DNA of 64,000 bases from a plasmid, in the sequence record NZ_CP118102.1, one strand, 5' to 3'. The translations under genes were made by a program, and so were the position numbers. This document shows positions 18,097 through 27,231 of the stretch, one piece after another (the stretch's first letter is position 1; every line of letters starts with the position of its first letter). The notes under the pieces were generated by a model. It was not told the DNA's origin. It ran no database searches and worked only from the letters and a program-made list of their open reading frames with translations.

Positions 18097-19434
18097 TTGA
18101 GTAAGAGGCACGTGATGCTGATCGCCGCAACCGCTCTAGCGCTAATAGCCGGGGGATGCGCTTCGAAGCCGGACGGCGGAGGGGAATGGAAAACGTTCGA
18201 GCAGGACGAACAGGCGTCGTTAAAGGTGATGTACTGGGACGAGCAGTCGTTCCATGAGGATTACGGGAATCTGTTTAAAAGTTATTACCCGAACGTCGAA
18301 TTCGAAGTGATCGGGCTTCCGGTCGGCTCGGATCCGTCGCTTACGGTTACCGAATTATACAACCGGCATATCGAAGAGAACCGCCCGGATATTCTATTTG
18401 TCGACAAGCACCGGTGGCTTGCGGAGGAAGGCAAGCTGTTGGAGCTGGACCCGATCATCAAGCGGCAGGAGTACGACTTGAGCGGCTACATGCCGGCCGT
18501 TCTCGCCAAGCTCCGGGAGGAGGGGGACGGCAAGCTGTATGGTCTGTCCCCGAATTTCAGAAGCTTCGGTCTCTATTACAACGCCGCCTTGTTCGAGAAA
18601 TACGGGATAGAGCGGCCTCGCGATTCGATGACGTGGGAAGAAGTGTTCGAGCTGGCGAAGCGGTTCCCGGCTGACGGAGAAGGGAACGACAGGGTGTACG
18701 GGTTTACGTTGGACGGATTTTCGTCGCCGCTGACGGACATTGTGTACAGCCTGATGGCGCAAAACAGAAAAATTCTCAATGCGGACGGGACGGCGGTCGG
18801 GCTGGAAGGCGATTCCTGGAGGGGGATTTTCGAATCGATCGTCAGCGTCGTGCGATCCGGGTCCTTCTACTTGCCGACGCCGGAAGAGACCGCCAAGCGG
18901 ACGAGATTCATAGAGGACGACCGATTCCTGATGGGGAGGTCGGCCATGACGTATCGGGATCATCTCTATCTTCGCCAACTGGAGAATGCCTCCGTCGACT
19001 GGGCGGTCGTCAGCGCTCCCGTCGATGCGCTTAATCGCACGCAGAGCAGCGCCTACGAGCCGGGTCCGGCATTCGTCATCAGCAGGCAGTCTGCCAATCC
19101 CCGCGCGGCGTGGGAATTCGTCAAGTACGCCAATTCCGGGGAGTTCGCCCAGATCAAGTCGAAATCGAGCTCCGACTTCCTGTTCAGCAGAACCGAATAC
19201 ATCCGTCCTCCGTCGGAGCGCGACGTGACGGGACTGTATACACTGGATCCTGTCGCGAATGCGAGCGACGAGTTCGCGGCGCTCGAACCGAGGCTTAAAG
19301 TCGACTTGGTGGAGTTGATCGCAAGCGAATTGACGGCCGCGGCGGAAGGCAGCAAGACGCTGGACGCGGCAATCGAAGCAATGCGCGAGGACGGCAATGT
19401 TTTGCTGGCGCAGATGAAGGCGGCGAGACCGTGA
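18097..19434 (+). CDS. ABC transporter solute-binding lipoprotein (paralog A)
   Basis: Signal plus lipobox LIAGGCASK. Family-1 SBP. Probable true start ATG 18115 (MLIAATALA) after AAGAGG. Confidence 0.8.
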   Translation: MSKRHVMLIAATALALIAGGCASKPDGGGEWKTFEQDEQASLKVMYWDEQSFHEDYGNLFKSYYPNVEFEVIGLPVGSDPSLTVTELYNRHIEENRPDILFVDKHRWLAEEGKLLELDPIIKRQEYDLSGYMPAVLAKLREEGDGKLYGLSPNFRSFGLYYNAALFEKYGIERPRDSMTWEEVFELAKRFPADGEGNDRVYGFTLDGFSSPLTDIVYSLMAQNRKILNADGTAVGLEGDSWRGIFESIVSVVRSGSFYLPTPEETAKRTRFIEDDRFLMGRSAMTYRDHLYLRQLENASVDWAVVSAPVDALNRTQSSAYEPGPAFVISRQSANPRAAWEFVKYANSGEFAQIKSKSSSDFLFSRTEYIRPPSERDVTGLYTLDPVANASDEFAALEPRLKVDLVELIASELTAAAEGSKTLDAAIEAMREDGNVLLAQMKAARP

Positions 19435-19471
19435 ATGCTCGCGAGAAAAAACGGTCAAGGGGCTGTTCGAC

Positions 19472-20821
19472 ATGAACCATATAGGCCGGATAAAATCGGC
19501 GATTCTCGCATTTGCGCTAGTCGTCGCAGGCTGCGACGGCGGAAGCGCGCCAAGCGGTGAGTGGGCGCCGCTCGGCTCGGAGGAAGAAGCGGCGATAAGA
19601 ATCGGCTATTGGAGCGAGAAGCAATTCAACGACGACTACGGATTGATGTTTCGGAGCAAGTATCCGAACGTGAGCTTCGAAGTAATCGGCTTGGACGACC
19701 TGTATTCCGACCCGACCCTGACCGCCGCTCAGGCGTATGCCAAGTATATCGAACGTCATCAGCCGGACGTCTTGTATCTCGGCAATACTTACCGAACGTT
19801 GGCCCAGGAAGGAATGCTGCTTGAACTGGACCCTTGGATCGAGAAGCACAAATTCGATCTGGACAGCTATTCGCCTGTGTCCCTCGCGCTTCTTCGCCAG
19901 GAAGGGGACGGTAAGCTGTACGGGCTAAGCCCGAATTTTTCTTCCTACGGAATTTTCTACAATGCAAAATTGTTCGAGAAGCACGGCGTCATGCTTCCTC
20001 ATAACGCGATGACTTGGGAAGAGCTGTTCGAGCTGGCGAAGCGGTTTCCGACGGCCGGGGACGACGACAGCCGGCTCTACGGATTCACGATCGACGGCTA
20101 CTCGTCTCCGCTGTTCGACATTCTGTACAGCCTTGCCGGCCAAAATAGAAAGCTGGTGGACGCCTCGAAGTCAAGGTTGACGGTTGACGGCGAGCAGTGG
20201 AGAAAGCCGTTCGAAGCAATCGTCGACGTATTCCGCTCCGGTTCGTTCCGCCATCCTTCGCCCGAAGAGCTGACCAGAACGATGAGGACGGCCGGGGACA
20301 ATCGGTTTCTTGCCGGCCAGTCGGCGATGACTTACAGCCAGTCGTATTTGATTCGGGCGTTAAGCTCTTCGGCCCTCAATTGGGGCGTCGTCTCCGCGCC
20401 GGTAGACGGGCTCGACCGGTCGAAGAGCGGCTCGTATAGTCTGGACGGCGTGTTCGCCATCAGCAAGACCACCCGCAACGCGCGGGCGGCATGGGAATTC
20501 GTCCAATACGTCAATTCGGCCGATTTCGCCCAGGTGACGTCCAGAGCGGGCAGGGAAGTGCTGTACAGCCGTTCCGAATTCATACGGCCTCAGGAGGGCC
20601 GGGACATCTCCGGCTTGTACAGTCTTGAGCCTCTGCTCCACGCAGATGAATCGTTCGCTTCACTTCCGAATCCGGTTCAAGCGAAGCTTACGCTTGCGAT
20701 CGTTAACGAGCTCATCGCGGTCATCGATCATTCCAAAACGCTGGACGAAGCGATCGAAGCGATGCTGGCGGAAGGGGAGGAGATACTGCTTCAAACGAAT
20801 GCGGAGGAGAAGTCCGGTTGA
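19472..20821 (+). CDS. ABC transporter solute-binding lipoprotein (paralog B; tandem duplicate of 18097-19434)
   Basis: Lipobox VVAGCDGG. Long colinear similarity to the preceding SBP (YGLSPNFSSYGIFYNAKLFEKHGV... versus YGLSPNFRSFGLYYNAALFEKYGI...). Confidence 0.8.
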   Translation: MNHIGRIKSAILAFALVVAGCDGGSAPSGEWAPLGSEEEAAIRIGYWSEKQFNDDYGLMFRSKYPNVSFEVIGLDDLYSDPTLTAAQAYAKYIERHQPDVLYLGNTYRTLAQEGMLLELDPWIEKHKFDLDSYSPVSLALLRQEGDGKLYGLSPNFSSYGIFYNAKLFEKHGVMLPHNAMTWEELFELAKRFPTAGDDDSRLYGFTIDGYSSPLFDILYSLAGQNRKLVDASKSRLTVDGEQWRKPFEAIVDVFRSGSFRHPSPEELTRTMRTAGDNRFLAGQSAMTYSQSYLIRALSSSALNWGVVSAPVDGLDRSKSGSYSLDGVFAISKTTRNARAAWEFVQYVNSADFAQVTSRAGREVLYSRSEFIRPQEGRDISGLYSLEPLLHADESFASLPNPVQAKLTLAIVNELIAVIDHSKTLDEAIEAMLAEGEEILLQTNAEEKSG

Positions 20822-20871
20822 AATGACTCTTTGATCGTGTTAGGATATACGTATTCTAATGTTGGGAGTGA

Positions 20872-20940
20872 ATGGATCGAATGTGATTATTCTTGCGAAC
20901 GGTAAAACAATATCGCTTCAAGCGATCGTCTGTTTTATTT
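20872..20940 (+). promoter_or_regulatory. candidate ribosome-dependent attenuator for the ABC-F gene: a 4-codon uORF (M-D-R-M-stop) plus a terminator hairpin
   Basis: GGGAGTGA then ATG GAT CGA ATG TGA at 20872-20886. ATCGC-ttcaa-GCGAT hairpin at 20912-20926 followed by CGTCTGTTTTATTTT. A second hairpin CCCGC-ttg-CGGG lies near 20996. Confidence 0.35.
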
Positions 20941-21088
20941 TGTCGTGCAAGAAAATTGCATTCCTCTTTCGCTCAGACCGTATATCCTGATTCTGCCCGC
21001 TTGCGGGTCGGGTTAGCCGTATATCTATTTGAGTCGCGAGAATGTAATTTTCTTGCGGCTTATTTATTTGTGCGGAGGGATGTATTTT

Positions 21089-22567
21089 ATGTCATTAATT
21101 AATGTGCAAAACCTTACGTTCGCCTATGACGGCAGCTACGATAACATTTTCGAAAACGCGAGCTTTCAGATCGATACCGATTGGAAGCTCGGATTCACGG
21201 GGAGGAACGGCAGAGGGAAGACGACGTTCCTCAACCTGCTGCTGGGCAAATACGAATATGAGGGAACGATTCACGCGAGCGTGGATTTCGAGTATTTTCC
21301 GTTCCCCGTGCGGAACAAAGAAAGCAATACGTTGGACGTCGTCGACGAAATATTGCCGGACTACGAGTATTGGCAATTGTCGCGCGAGCTGTCGCTGCTC
21401 AAGCTGTCGGACGACGTGCTGTACCGTCCGTTCGAATCGCTGTCCAACGGGGAACAGACGAAGGTGCTGCTGGCCGCGCTGTTTCTGAAGGAAAACAGCT
21501 TCCTGCTGATCGACGAACCGACGAACCATCTGGACTTGAACGCCAGACGAATCGTGAGCGACTACTTGAAGGCCAAGAAAGGCTTCATTCTCGTCTCGCA
21601 CGACCGTGCCTTCCTCGACAACTGCGTGGATCACGTTCTGTCCATCAACAAGACGAATATCGAGATTCAGCGCGGCAATTTCTCCGACTGGTGGGACAAT
21701 AAGCAGCGCCAGGACAACTTCGAGCAGGCCGAGAACGAGAAGCTGAAGAAGGACATCAAGCGTCTGAACGAAGCGGCCAAGCGGACGAGCAAGTGGTCGG
21801 ACGAGGTGGAGAAGTCGAAAACCGGCATCCGGAACGCCGACTTCTTCGTGGACAGAGGCTATATCGGCCATAAGGCCGCGAAAATGATGAAGCGTTCCAA
21901 ATCGATGGAGCGCAGGCAGCAAGAGGCGATCGACGAGAAGTCGAAGCTGCTTAAAAACGTCGAAAATGCGGAACAGCTGAAGCTTGCGCAGCTTGCTTAC
22001 CATAAAAGCCGGCTTGTCGAGCTCGACCGGGTATCGATCCGCTACGGGGAGAGAACGGCGTGCGAGGACGTCGGCTTCACGGTCGAGCAAGGGGACAGAA
22101 TCGCGCTAATGGGACCGAACGGTTCCGGCAAATCGAGCATTCTCAAGCTGATTTGCGGGGAAAAGCTTGAGTACGACGGTACGCTCAGGGTGGGAAGCCA
22201 GCTCAAAATTTCCTACGTCTCGCAGGACACGTCGTTTTTGCGCGGCAGCTTGACGGATTACGCGAGGAGCAGCGGCATCGACGAAAGCTTGTTCAAGTCC
22301 ATTTTGCGCAAGCTCGACTTTGCCCGGGTTCAGTTCGAGAAGGACATGTCCGCCTACAGCGGCGGGCAGAAGAAGAAGGTGCTGATCGCGCGCAGCCTAA
22401 GCGAGCAGGCGCATCTGCACGTATGGGACGAACCGCTCAACTTCGTGGACGTCATCTCCCGCATGCAGATCGAAGAGCTGCTGTTGGAGCATTCGCCGAC
22501 GCTTCTGTTCGTGGAGCACGACAGCGAGTTCTGCGACAATATCGCGACTAAGGTCGTGCGGCTGTAA
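21089..22567 (+). CDS. ABC-F family ATPase (two ABC domains and a charged linker; ARE/Lsa-Vga-VmlR-like ribosome-protection type)
   Basis: GCGGAGGGA RBS then ATG 21089 (MSLINVQNLTFAYDG). Walker A GRNGRGKTT and GPNGSGKSS. Two LSGGQ-type signatures (LSNGEQTK, YSGGQKKK). About 95-aa Lys/Glu/Arg-rich interdomain linker. No TM domain. The track ORF starts at 21029. Confidence 0.8.
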   Translation: MSLINVQNLTFAYDGSYDNIFENASFQIDTDWKLGFTGRNGRGKTTFLNLLLGKYEYEGTIHASVDFEYFPFPVRNKESNTLDVVDEILPDYEYWQLSRELSLLKLSDDVLYRPFESLSNGEQTKVLLAALFLKENSFLLIDEPTNHLDLNARRIVSDYLKAKKGFILVSHDRAFLDNCVDHVLSINKTNIEIQRGNFSDWWDNKQRQDNFEQAENEKLKKDIKRLNEAAKRTSKWSDEVEKSKTGIRNADFFVDRGYIGHKAAKMMKRSKSMERRQQEAIDEKSKLLKNVENAEQLKLAQLAYHKSRLVELDRVSIRYGERTACEDVGFTVEQGDRIALMGPNGSGKSSILKLICGEKLEYDGTLRVGSQLKISYVSQDTSFLRGSLTDYARSSGIDESLFKSILRKLDFARVQFEKDMSAYSGGQKKKVLIARSLSEQAHLHVWDEPLNFVDVISRMQIEELLLEHSPTLLFVEHDSEFCDNIATKVVRL

Positions 22568-22579
22568 TAGGGGGATTGG

Positions 22580-23130
22580 CGGGGCTGCAACCGGATGGGA
22601 TCGGGTTAGAGTGAGTCGAGGCGTGTGTTTAGGGCTGCAACCGGACTGGGTCGGGTTAGAGCGAGCGTCGGCGCATTTTTAGGGCTGCAACCGGATGGGA
22701 TCGGGTTAGAGCGAGCAGCGGCGTGTGTTTAGGGCTGCAGCCGGACTGGGTCGGGTTAGAGCGAGCGTCGGCGCATTTTTAGGGCTGCAGCCGGATTGGG
22801 GCGGGTTAGAGCGAGCGTCGGCGTGTGTTTAGGGCTGCAGCCGGACTGGGTCGGGTTAGAGCGAGCGTCGGCGCATTTTTAGGGCTGCAGCCGGATTGGG
22901 GCGGGTTAGAGCGAGCGTCGGCGTGTGTTTAGGGCTGCAACCGGATTGGGATCGGGTTAGAGCGAGCCACGGCGCATTTTTAGAGCTGTAGCCGGGTTAG
23001 GTCGGGTTAGAGCGAGCCGCGGCGCATTTTTAGGGCTGCAGCCGGATGGGGGCGAGTTAGAGTGAGCGTCGGCGCATTTTTAGGGTTGTAGCCGGATGGG
23101 ATCGGGTTGGAGCGAGAGAATAGAGGTTGG
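22580..23130. repeat. 50-bp tandem repeat array x about 11 (unit AGGGCTGCAACCGGATGGGATCGGGTTAGAGCGAGCGTCGGCGCATTTTT); intergenic, non-coding, not CRISPR
   Basis: The AGGGCTGCA anchor recurs at 22631, 22681, 22731, 22781, 22831, 22881, 22931, 22982, 23032 and 23081. Units alternate ...GCGTGTGTTT and ...GCGCATTTTT endings. There are no unique spacers. No ORF of 60 aa or more on either strand. Confidence 0.9.
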
Positions 23131-23140
23131 TGAAGCTTGT

Positions 23141-23170
23141 AGCCCGACTGCGTCGGGCTATTCTTTCTGT
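23141..23170 (+). terminator. hairpin terminator candidate after the repeat array
   Basis: AGCCCGAC-tgcg-TCGGGCT followed by ATTCTTTCTG (weak T-tract). Confidence 0.4.
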
Positions 23171-23310
23171 CCATCATTTTTGTCGGACTGACTCATGGGG
23201 ATAGCCCCTTCATCATGCAGCAGAGTTGATATTGCAATTAAAATGAGATAAAATGATATCAAATGATAGATCATACTATCATATACAGTGAAAAGGAGGA
23301 GGAAGAAGCT

Positions 23311-23889
23311 ATGAGCAGCGGCAGAACGGCAGCCAAGGAGGCGAAGCTTCGCGCCATTCTCGACGCGGCGACGGAACTGCTCGTCGAGAAGCCGACCGCT
23401 TCGTTAAACGATATCGCAGAATACGCCGGCATCGGCATCGCCACGCTGCACCGCTATATCGAAAGCAGGGAGCAGCTTATGCTGCAGCTCGGCCTGCGGG
23501 CGGTCGAGGTTGTGGAGGAGACGTTAAGGCGGATTCGGCCCGTCGGGGAGATCGGCGACGATTACATTCGGGAGCTGATCGAAGCGCTTATTCCGCTTGG
23601 CGACAAGATCAACTTCCTCGCCAACGAAACATCGCTTCACTACAGCGAAGAGATGGGCGCTGCCGAAGCAAGGGTGAAGGAGCCGATCCGGGAAGCGATC
23701 CGATCGCTCCAGAGCGGGGGCGCATTCCGCGAGGATATGAGCGCGGACTGGATTTTGGAAGTGCTGTATTCGCTGCTGTTCGTTACCTGGCAGCAGGTTC
23801 ACGAGGGGCGCATCGCCAGCAAATCGGCGGCGAAGCAGTTTATCGACACGTTGTATCACGGTGTGGCGGCAGACGCGGATCGCGGCTGA
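23311..23889 (+). CDS. TetR/AcrR-family regulator, FatR-like (adjacent to CYP102)
   Basis: AAAAGGAGGAGG RBS then ATG 23311. N-terminal HTH ...[26 protein letters not shown]. The track start is 23263. Confidence 0.8.
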   Translation: MSSGRTAAKEAKLRAILDAATELLVEKPTASLNDIAEYAGIGIATLHRYIESREQLMLQLGLRAVEVVEETLRRIRPVGEIGDDYIRELIEALIPLGDKINFLANETSLHYSEEMGAAEARVKEPIREAIRSLQSGGAFREDMSADWILEVLYSLLFVTWQQVHEGRIASKSAAKQFIDTLYHGVAADADRG

Positions 23890-23920
23890 CGATATCCAAT
23901 CGGAGAGGATGTGGAGCGCG

Positions 23921-26900
23921 ATGAAGACCGGTTATGTTCCCGAACCGAAATCCTACGGCTTGCTTGGCCATCTGTCTTTGATCGATAAAGAAAAGCCGAC
24001 CCTGTCCATGTGCAAGCTGGCGGAGGAGCTCGGCCCGATCTACCGGCTGCGGGGCCCCGGATTTTCCATGCTTGTCGTGTCGGGACACAAGCTAGCGGCG
24101 GAAGTGTGCGACGTATCCCGGTTCGACAAGAACGTCTACGGCGAATTGCAGAACGTGCGCGCCTTCAGCGGCGACGGGCTGTTCACGAGCTGGACGCACG
24201 AGCCGAACTGGCGCAAGGCGCACAACATTTTGCTGCCGACGTTCAGCCAGCAGGCGATGAAAGGTTACCACGACATGATGACGGATATCGCTCTGCAGCT
24301 CGTGCAGAAATGGGCGCGGCTGAATTCCGACGAGAGCATCGACGTGGCTGACGACATGACTCGGCTTACGCTCGATACGATTGGCTTATGCGGTTTTAAC
24401 TATCGATTCAACAGCTTCTACAAGGAGAGCCACAGCCCGTTTATCGTCAGCATGGTGCGCGCGCTGAACGAGGCGATGAATAGGAGCGGACGGCTCGGCA
24501 TCCAGAATTTCTTCATGGTCAAGACGAAGCGGCAGTTCCAGGAAGATATCGCGACGATGTTCGAACTGGTGGACAAAATTATCGCCGAGCGAAAGGCCAA
24601 GGGGAGCCAAGGCGACGTCGATCTGCTGGCCCGCATGCTGAGCGGCAAAGACCCGCAGACGGGGGAGACGCTGGACGATGAGAACATCCGCTACCAGATC
24701 ATCACCTTCCTCATTGCCGGACACGAGACGACGAGCGGCCTGCTGTCGTTTGCGCTCTATTTTCTGCTGAAAAATCCGTCCGCGCTCAAGAACGCCTGCG
24801 AGGAAGTCGACCGCGTGCTGACCGGATCGATCCCGACGCACAAGCAGGTTACCCAACTGAAGTACATCCGCATGATTCTGAACGAGTCGCTGCGCCTGTG
24901 GCCGACCGCTCCGGGGTTCGACTTGTACGCCAAGGAGGACACGGTGATCGGCGGGCAGTATCCGATGAAAAAAGGAGACACCGTCAGCGTGCTGCTGCCG
25001 CAGCTTCATCGCGATAAAGAGGCATGGGGAGAGGATGCCGACTCGTTCCGCCCGGAGCGGTTCGAGGATCCGTCCAAGGTGCCGAATCATGCCTACAAGC
25101 CGTTCGGCAACGGAGAGCGCGCCTGCATCGGCATGCAGTTCGCGCTGTATGAGGCCACGCTTGTGCTCGGCATGATTGTCAGGCATTTCGAGCTGATCGA
25201 TCACCGCGACTATCAGCTGGACGTAAAGCAGACGCTGACGATTAAGCCCGGCGACTTCACGATGCGCGTCCGTCTTCGTCCTGGACGGCAAGTATCGGCG
25301 GCAAGCGCGGCTCCGGCAGCGGCTGAAGAGATCGCCGGGCAGCAGGAGGAGCGCCAGCCGCTTGCTCCGACCGCCGTGCCGGGGGCGGAGAAGACGTCCT
25401 TGCTCGTGCTGTACGGCTCCAACCTCGGAACGGCGGAAGGCATTGCCCGGGCGGCGGCCGATTCGGCCCGCGCATTCGGCATGAAGGGCGAGGTCGCGCC
25501 GCTTAACGATTGGGCCGGCAAGCTGCCGACGGACGGAGCGGTGCTGATCGTGACCGCGTCCTATAACGGCAAGCCTCCGCAGAATGCAGCCGGCTTCGTG
25601 AAATGGCTGGAGCAGGCCAAGCCGGGGGAACTGGAAGGCGTGCGCTACGCAGTGCTCGGCTGCGGCGACCGCAACTGGTCGAACACGTACCAGAGCGTAC
25701 CGCGATATATCGACGAGCTGCTTGAGAGGAAGGGCGGCCGCAGAATTTCCGCCCGGGCGGAAGCTGATGCCGGCGGCGATACGGAAAAACAGCTCGGGCA
25801 GTGGAGGCGGGCGCTGTGGGCGGATATCGGCAAAACGTTCGAGCTGAACGTCGGCGGAGACGAGGGGCGGGAAGGGCCGGCGCTGGGCGTTCGGTTCGTC
25901 AACGCGCCGCCGGACGTTCCCTTCGCGCGAACCTACGGCGCCGCGTACGCCGACGTGCGCGACAACTGCGAGCTTCAGTCGGAGGGCAGCGGGCGGAGCA
26001 CGCGCCATCTCGAAATCGCCGTACCGGCAGGAACGGCATACCGGGAGGGCGATCACCTCGGCGTGCTGCCGGTTAACGGCAAGGATAACGTCGACCGCGC
26101 CATTCGCCGCTTCCGTCTTAACGCGAGCAGCCAATTGATCTTGACCGCGGAGGGGAGCGGCGCTGCGCATCTGCCGCTGAACCGTCCCGTGAACGCAGGC
26201 GATCTGCTCAGCCATTGCGTGGAGCTGCAGGAGCCGGCGACCCGCGCGCAATTGCGGGAGATGGCCGCGTATACGGTCTGCCCGCCGCATAAGCGCGAGT
26301 TGGAGAGCTGCCTGGAAGAGGCCGCTTACGAGGAGCGCATTCTGAACCCGCGTGTATCGATGCTGGATTTGCTCGACAAATACGAAGCGTGCGAGCTGCC
26401 CTTCGAGAAATTTCTGGAGCTGCTCCCGCCGCTTAAGCCGCGCTACTATTCGATCTCCAGCTCGCCGCGCGTCCAGCCGGAACGGCTAAGCATAACGGTT
26501 GCCGTCGTCCGGGAGCCGGCCCGAAGCGGGTTGGGCGAATATCGCGGCGTCGCTTCCACTTACTTGGCCGGCCGTCAAGCGGGCGACGACGTGCTCGTAT
26601 TCGTCCGCTCGCCCGAATCGGGCTTCCGTCTGCCGGAAGATCCGGCTGCGCCGATCGTTATGGTCGGGCCGGGAACGGGCGTGGCCCCGTTCCGGGGTTT
26701 CCTTCAGGCGCGGGCGGAACTGAAGAAGCAAGGAGCCGGGCTTGGCGAGGCTCATCTGTTCTTCGGCTGCCGGAGCGAGGCGGATCATCTGTACCGGGAA
26801 GAGCTGGAGCAGTACGAGAAGGAGCGCATCGTTACGCTTCATACCGCCTATTCGCGGATGGAAGGAAAGTCCAAGACGTATGTGCAGCATTTGCTGTCCC

Positions 26901-27109
26901 GCAACGCCGCCGAAATCATCCGTTTGTTATCCGAGCAAGGCCATCTTTACCTTTGCGGAGACGGCGTCAGGATGGCGCCAGACGTCGAAGCCGCGCTGAT
27001 GCAGGCATATCGCGACGAGCGGGGAGCGACGCCGCAGGAGGCGGCGGATTGGCTGCTCGCCCTGGAGCATGAAGGCCGGTACGCAAAAGACGTGTGGGTC
27101 GGAAAATAG
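23921..27109 (+). CDS. cyp102: CYP102-family self-sufficient cytochrome P450 / NADPH-P450 reductase fusion (P450 BM3-like fatty-acid hydroxylase)
   Basis: Colinear with P450 BM3: [36 protein letters not shown]; heme-binding [23 protein letters not shown]; FMN domain [14 protein letters not shown]; FAD/NADPH domain [10 protein letters not shown]...[12 protein letters not shown]; C-terminal YAKDVWVGK. Start [13 protein letters not shown]. Confidence 0.92.
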   Translation: MKTGYVPEPKSYGLLGHLSLIDKEKPTLSMCKLAEELGPIYRLRGPGFSMLVVSGHKLAAEVCDVSRFDKNVYGELQNVRAFSGDGLFTSWTHEPNWRKAHNILLPTFSQQAMKGYHDMMTDIALQLVQKWARLNSDESIDVADDMTRLTLDTIGLCGFNYRFNSFYKESHSPFIVSMVRALNEAMNRSGRLGIQNFFMVKTKRQFQEDIATMFELVDKIIAERKAKGSQGDVDLLARMLSGKDPQTGETLDDENIRYQIITFLIAGHETTSGLLSFALYFLLKNPSALKNACEEVDRVLTGSIPTHKQVTQLKYIRMILNESLRLWPTAPGFDLYAKEDTVIGGQYPMKKGDTVSVLLPQLHRDKEAWGEDADSFRPERFEDPSKVPNHAYKPFGNGERACIGMQFALYEATLVLGMIVRHFELIDHRDYQLDVKQTLTIKPGDFTMRVRLRPGRQVSAASAAPAAAEEIAGQQEERQPLAPTAVPGAEKTSLLVLYGSNLGTAEGIARAAADSARAFGMKGEVAPLNDWAGKLPTDGAVLIVTASYNGKPPQNAAGFVKWLEQAKPGELEGVRYAVLGCGDRNWSNTYQSVPRYIDELLERKGGRRISARAEADAGGDTEKQLGQWRRALWADIGKTFELNVGGDEGREGPALGVRFVNAPPDVPFARTYGAAYADVRDNCELQSEGSGRSTRHLEIAVPAGTAYREGDHLGVLPVNGKDNVDRAIRRFRLNASSQLILTAEGSGAAHLPLNRPVNAGDLLSHCVELQEPATRAQLREMAAYTVCPPHKRELESCLEEAAYEERILNPRVSMLDLLDKYEACELPFEKFLELLPPLKPRYYSISSSPRVQPERLSITVAVVREPARSGLGEYRGVASTYLAGRQAGDDVLVFVRSPESGFRLPEDPAAPIVMVGPGTGVAPFRGFLQARAELKKQGAGLGEAHLFFGCRSEADHLYREELEQYEKERIVTLHTAYSRMEGKSKTYVQHLLSRNAAEIIRLLSEQGHLYLCGDGVRMAPDVEAALMQAYRDERGATPQEAADWLLALEHEGRYAKDVWVGK

Positions 27110-27134
27110 CAAAGAAGGTCTCGGGCCGTCAAGA

Positions 27135-27172
27135 AGCGAATGTAATCTTGACGGCTTTTTCGGCTATGTTGC
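27135..27172 (+). terminator. rho-independent terminator after cyp102
   Basis: GCCGTCAAGA-agcgaatgtaa-TCTTGACGGC followed by TTTTT. Confidence 0.7.
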
Positions 27173-27231
27173 GATCGCAGGCAACGACGGCTTCGGCCAG
27201 CCAATTCGACTCGTCCGTCAGGAGGGCTTGC

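Noticed and set aside
22580-23130. Possible CRISPR array (regular 50-bp periodicity)
   Set aside because: The entire 50-bp unit repeats, with only two alternating variants. There are no unique spacer segments and no cas genes nearby. It is a tandem minisatellite, not CRISPR.
24386-26290. 634-aa minus-strand ORF (and many 60-170-aa ORFs) antisense to cyp102
   Set aside because: Arg/Ala/Pro-rich translation is typical of antisense frames in high-GC DNA. The region is fully covered by a well-supported plus-strand gene.
27094-27231. N-terminal extension of the M28 peptidase ORF starting inside the cyp102 3' end
   Set aside because: The extension spans the cyp102 terminator hairpin and has no RBS. 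ATG 27232 has a CAGGAGGG RBS and begins the signal peptide.
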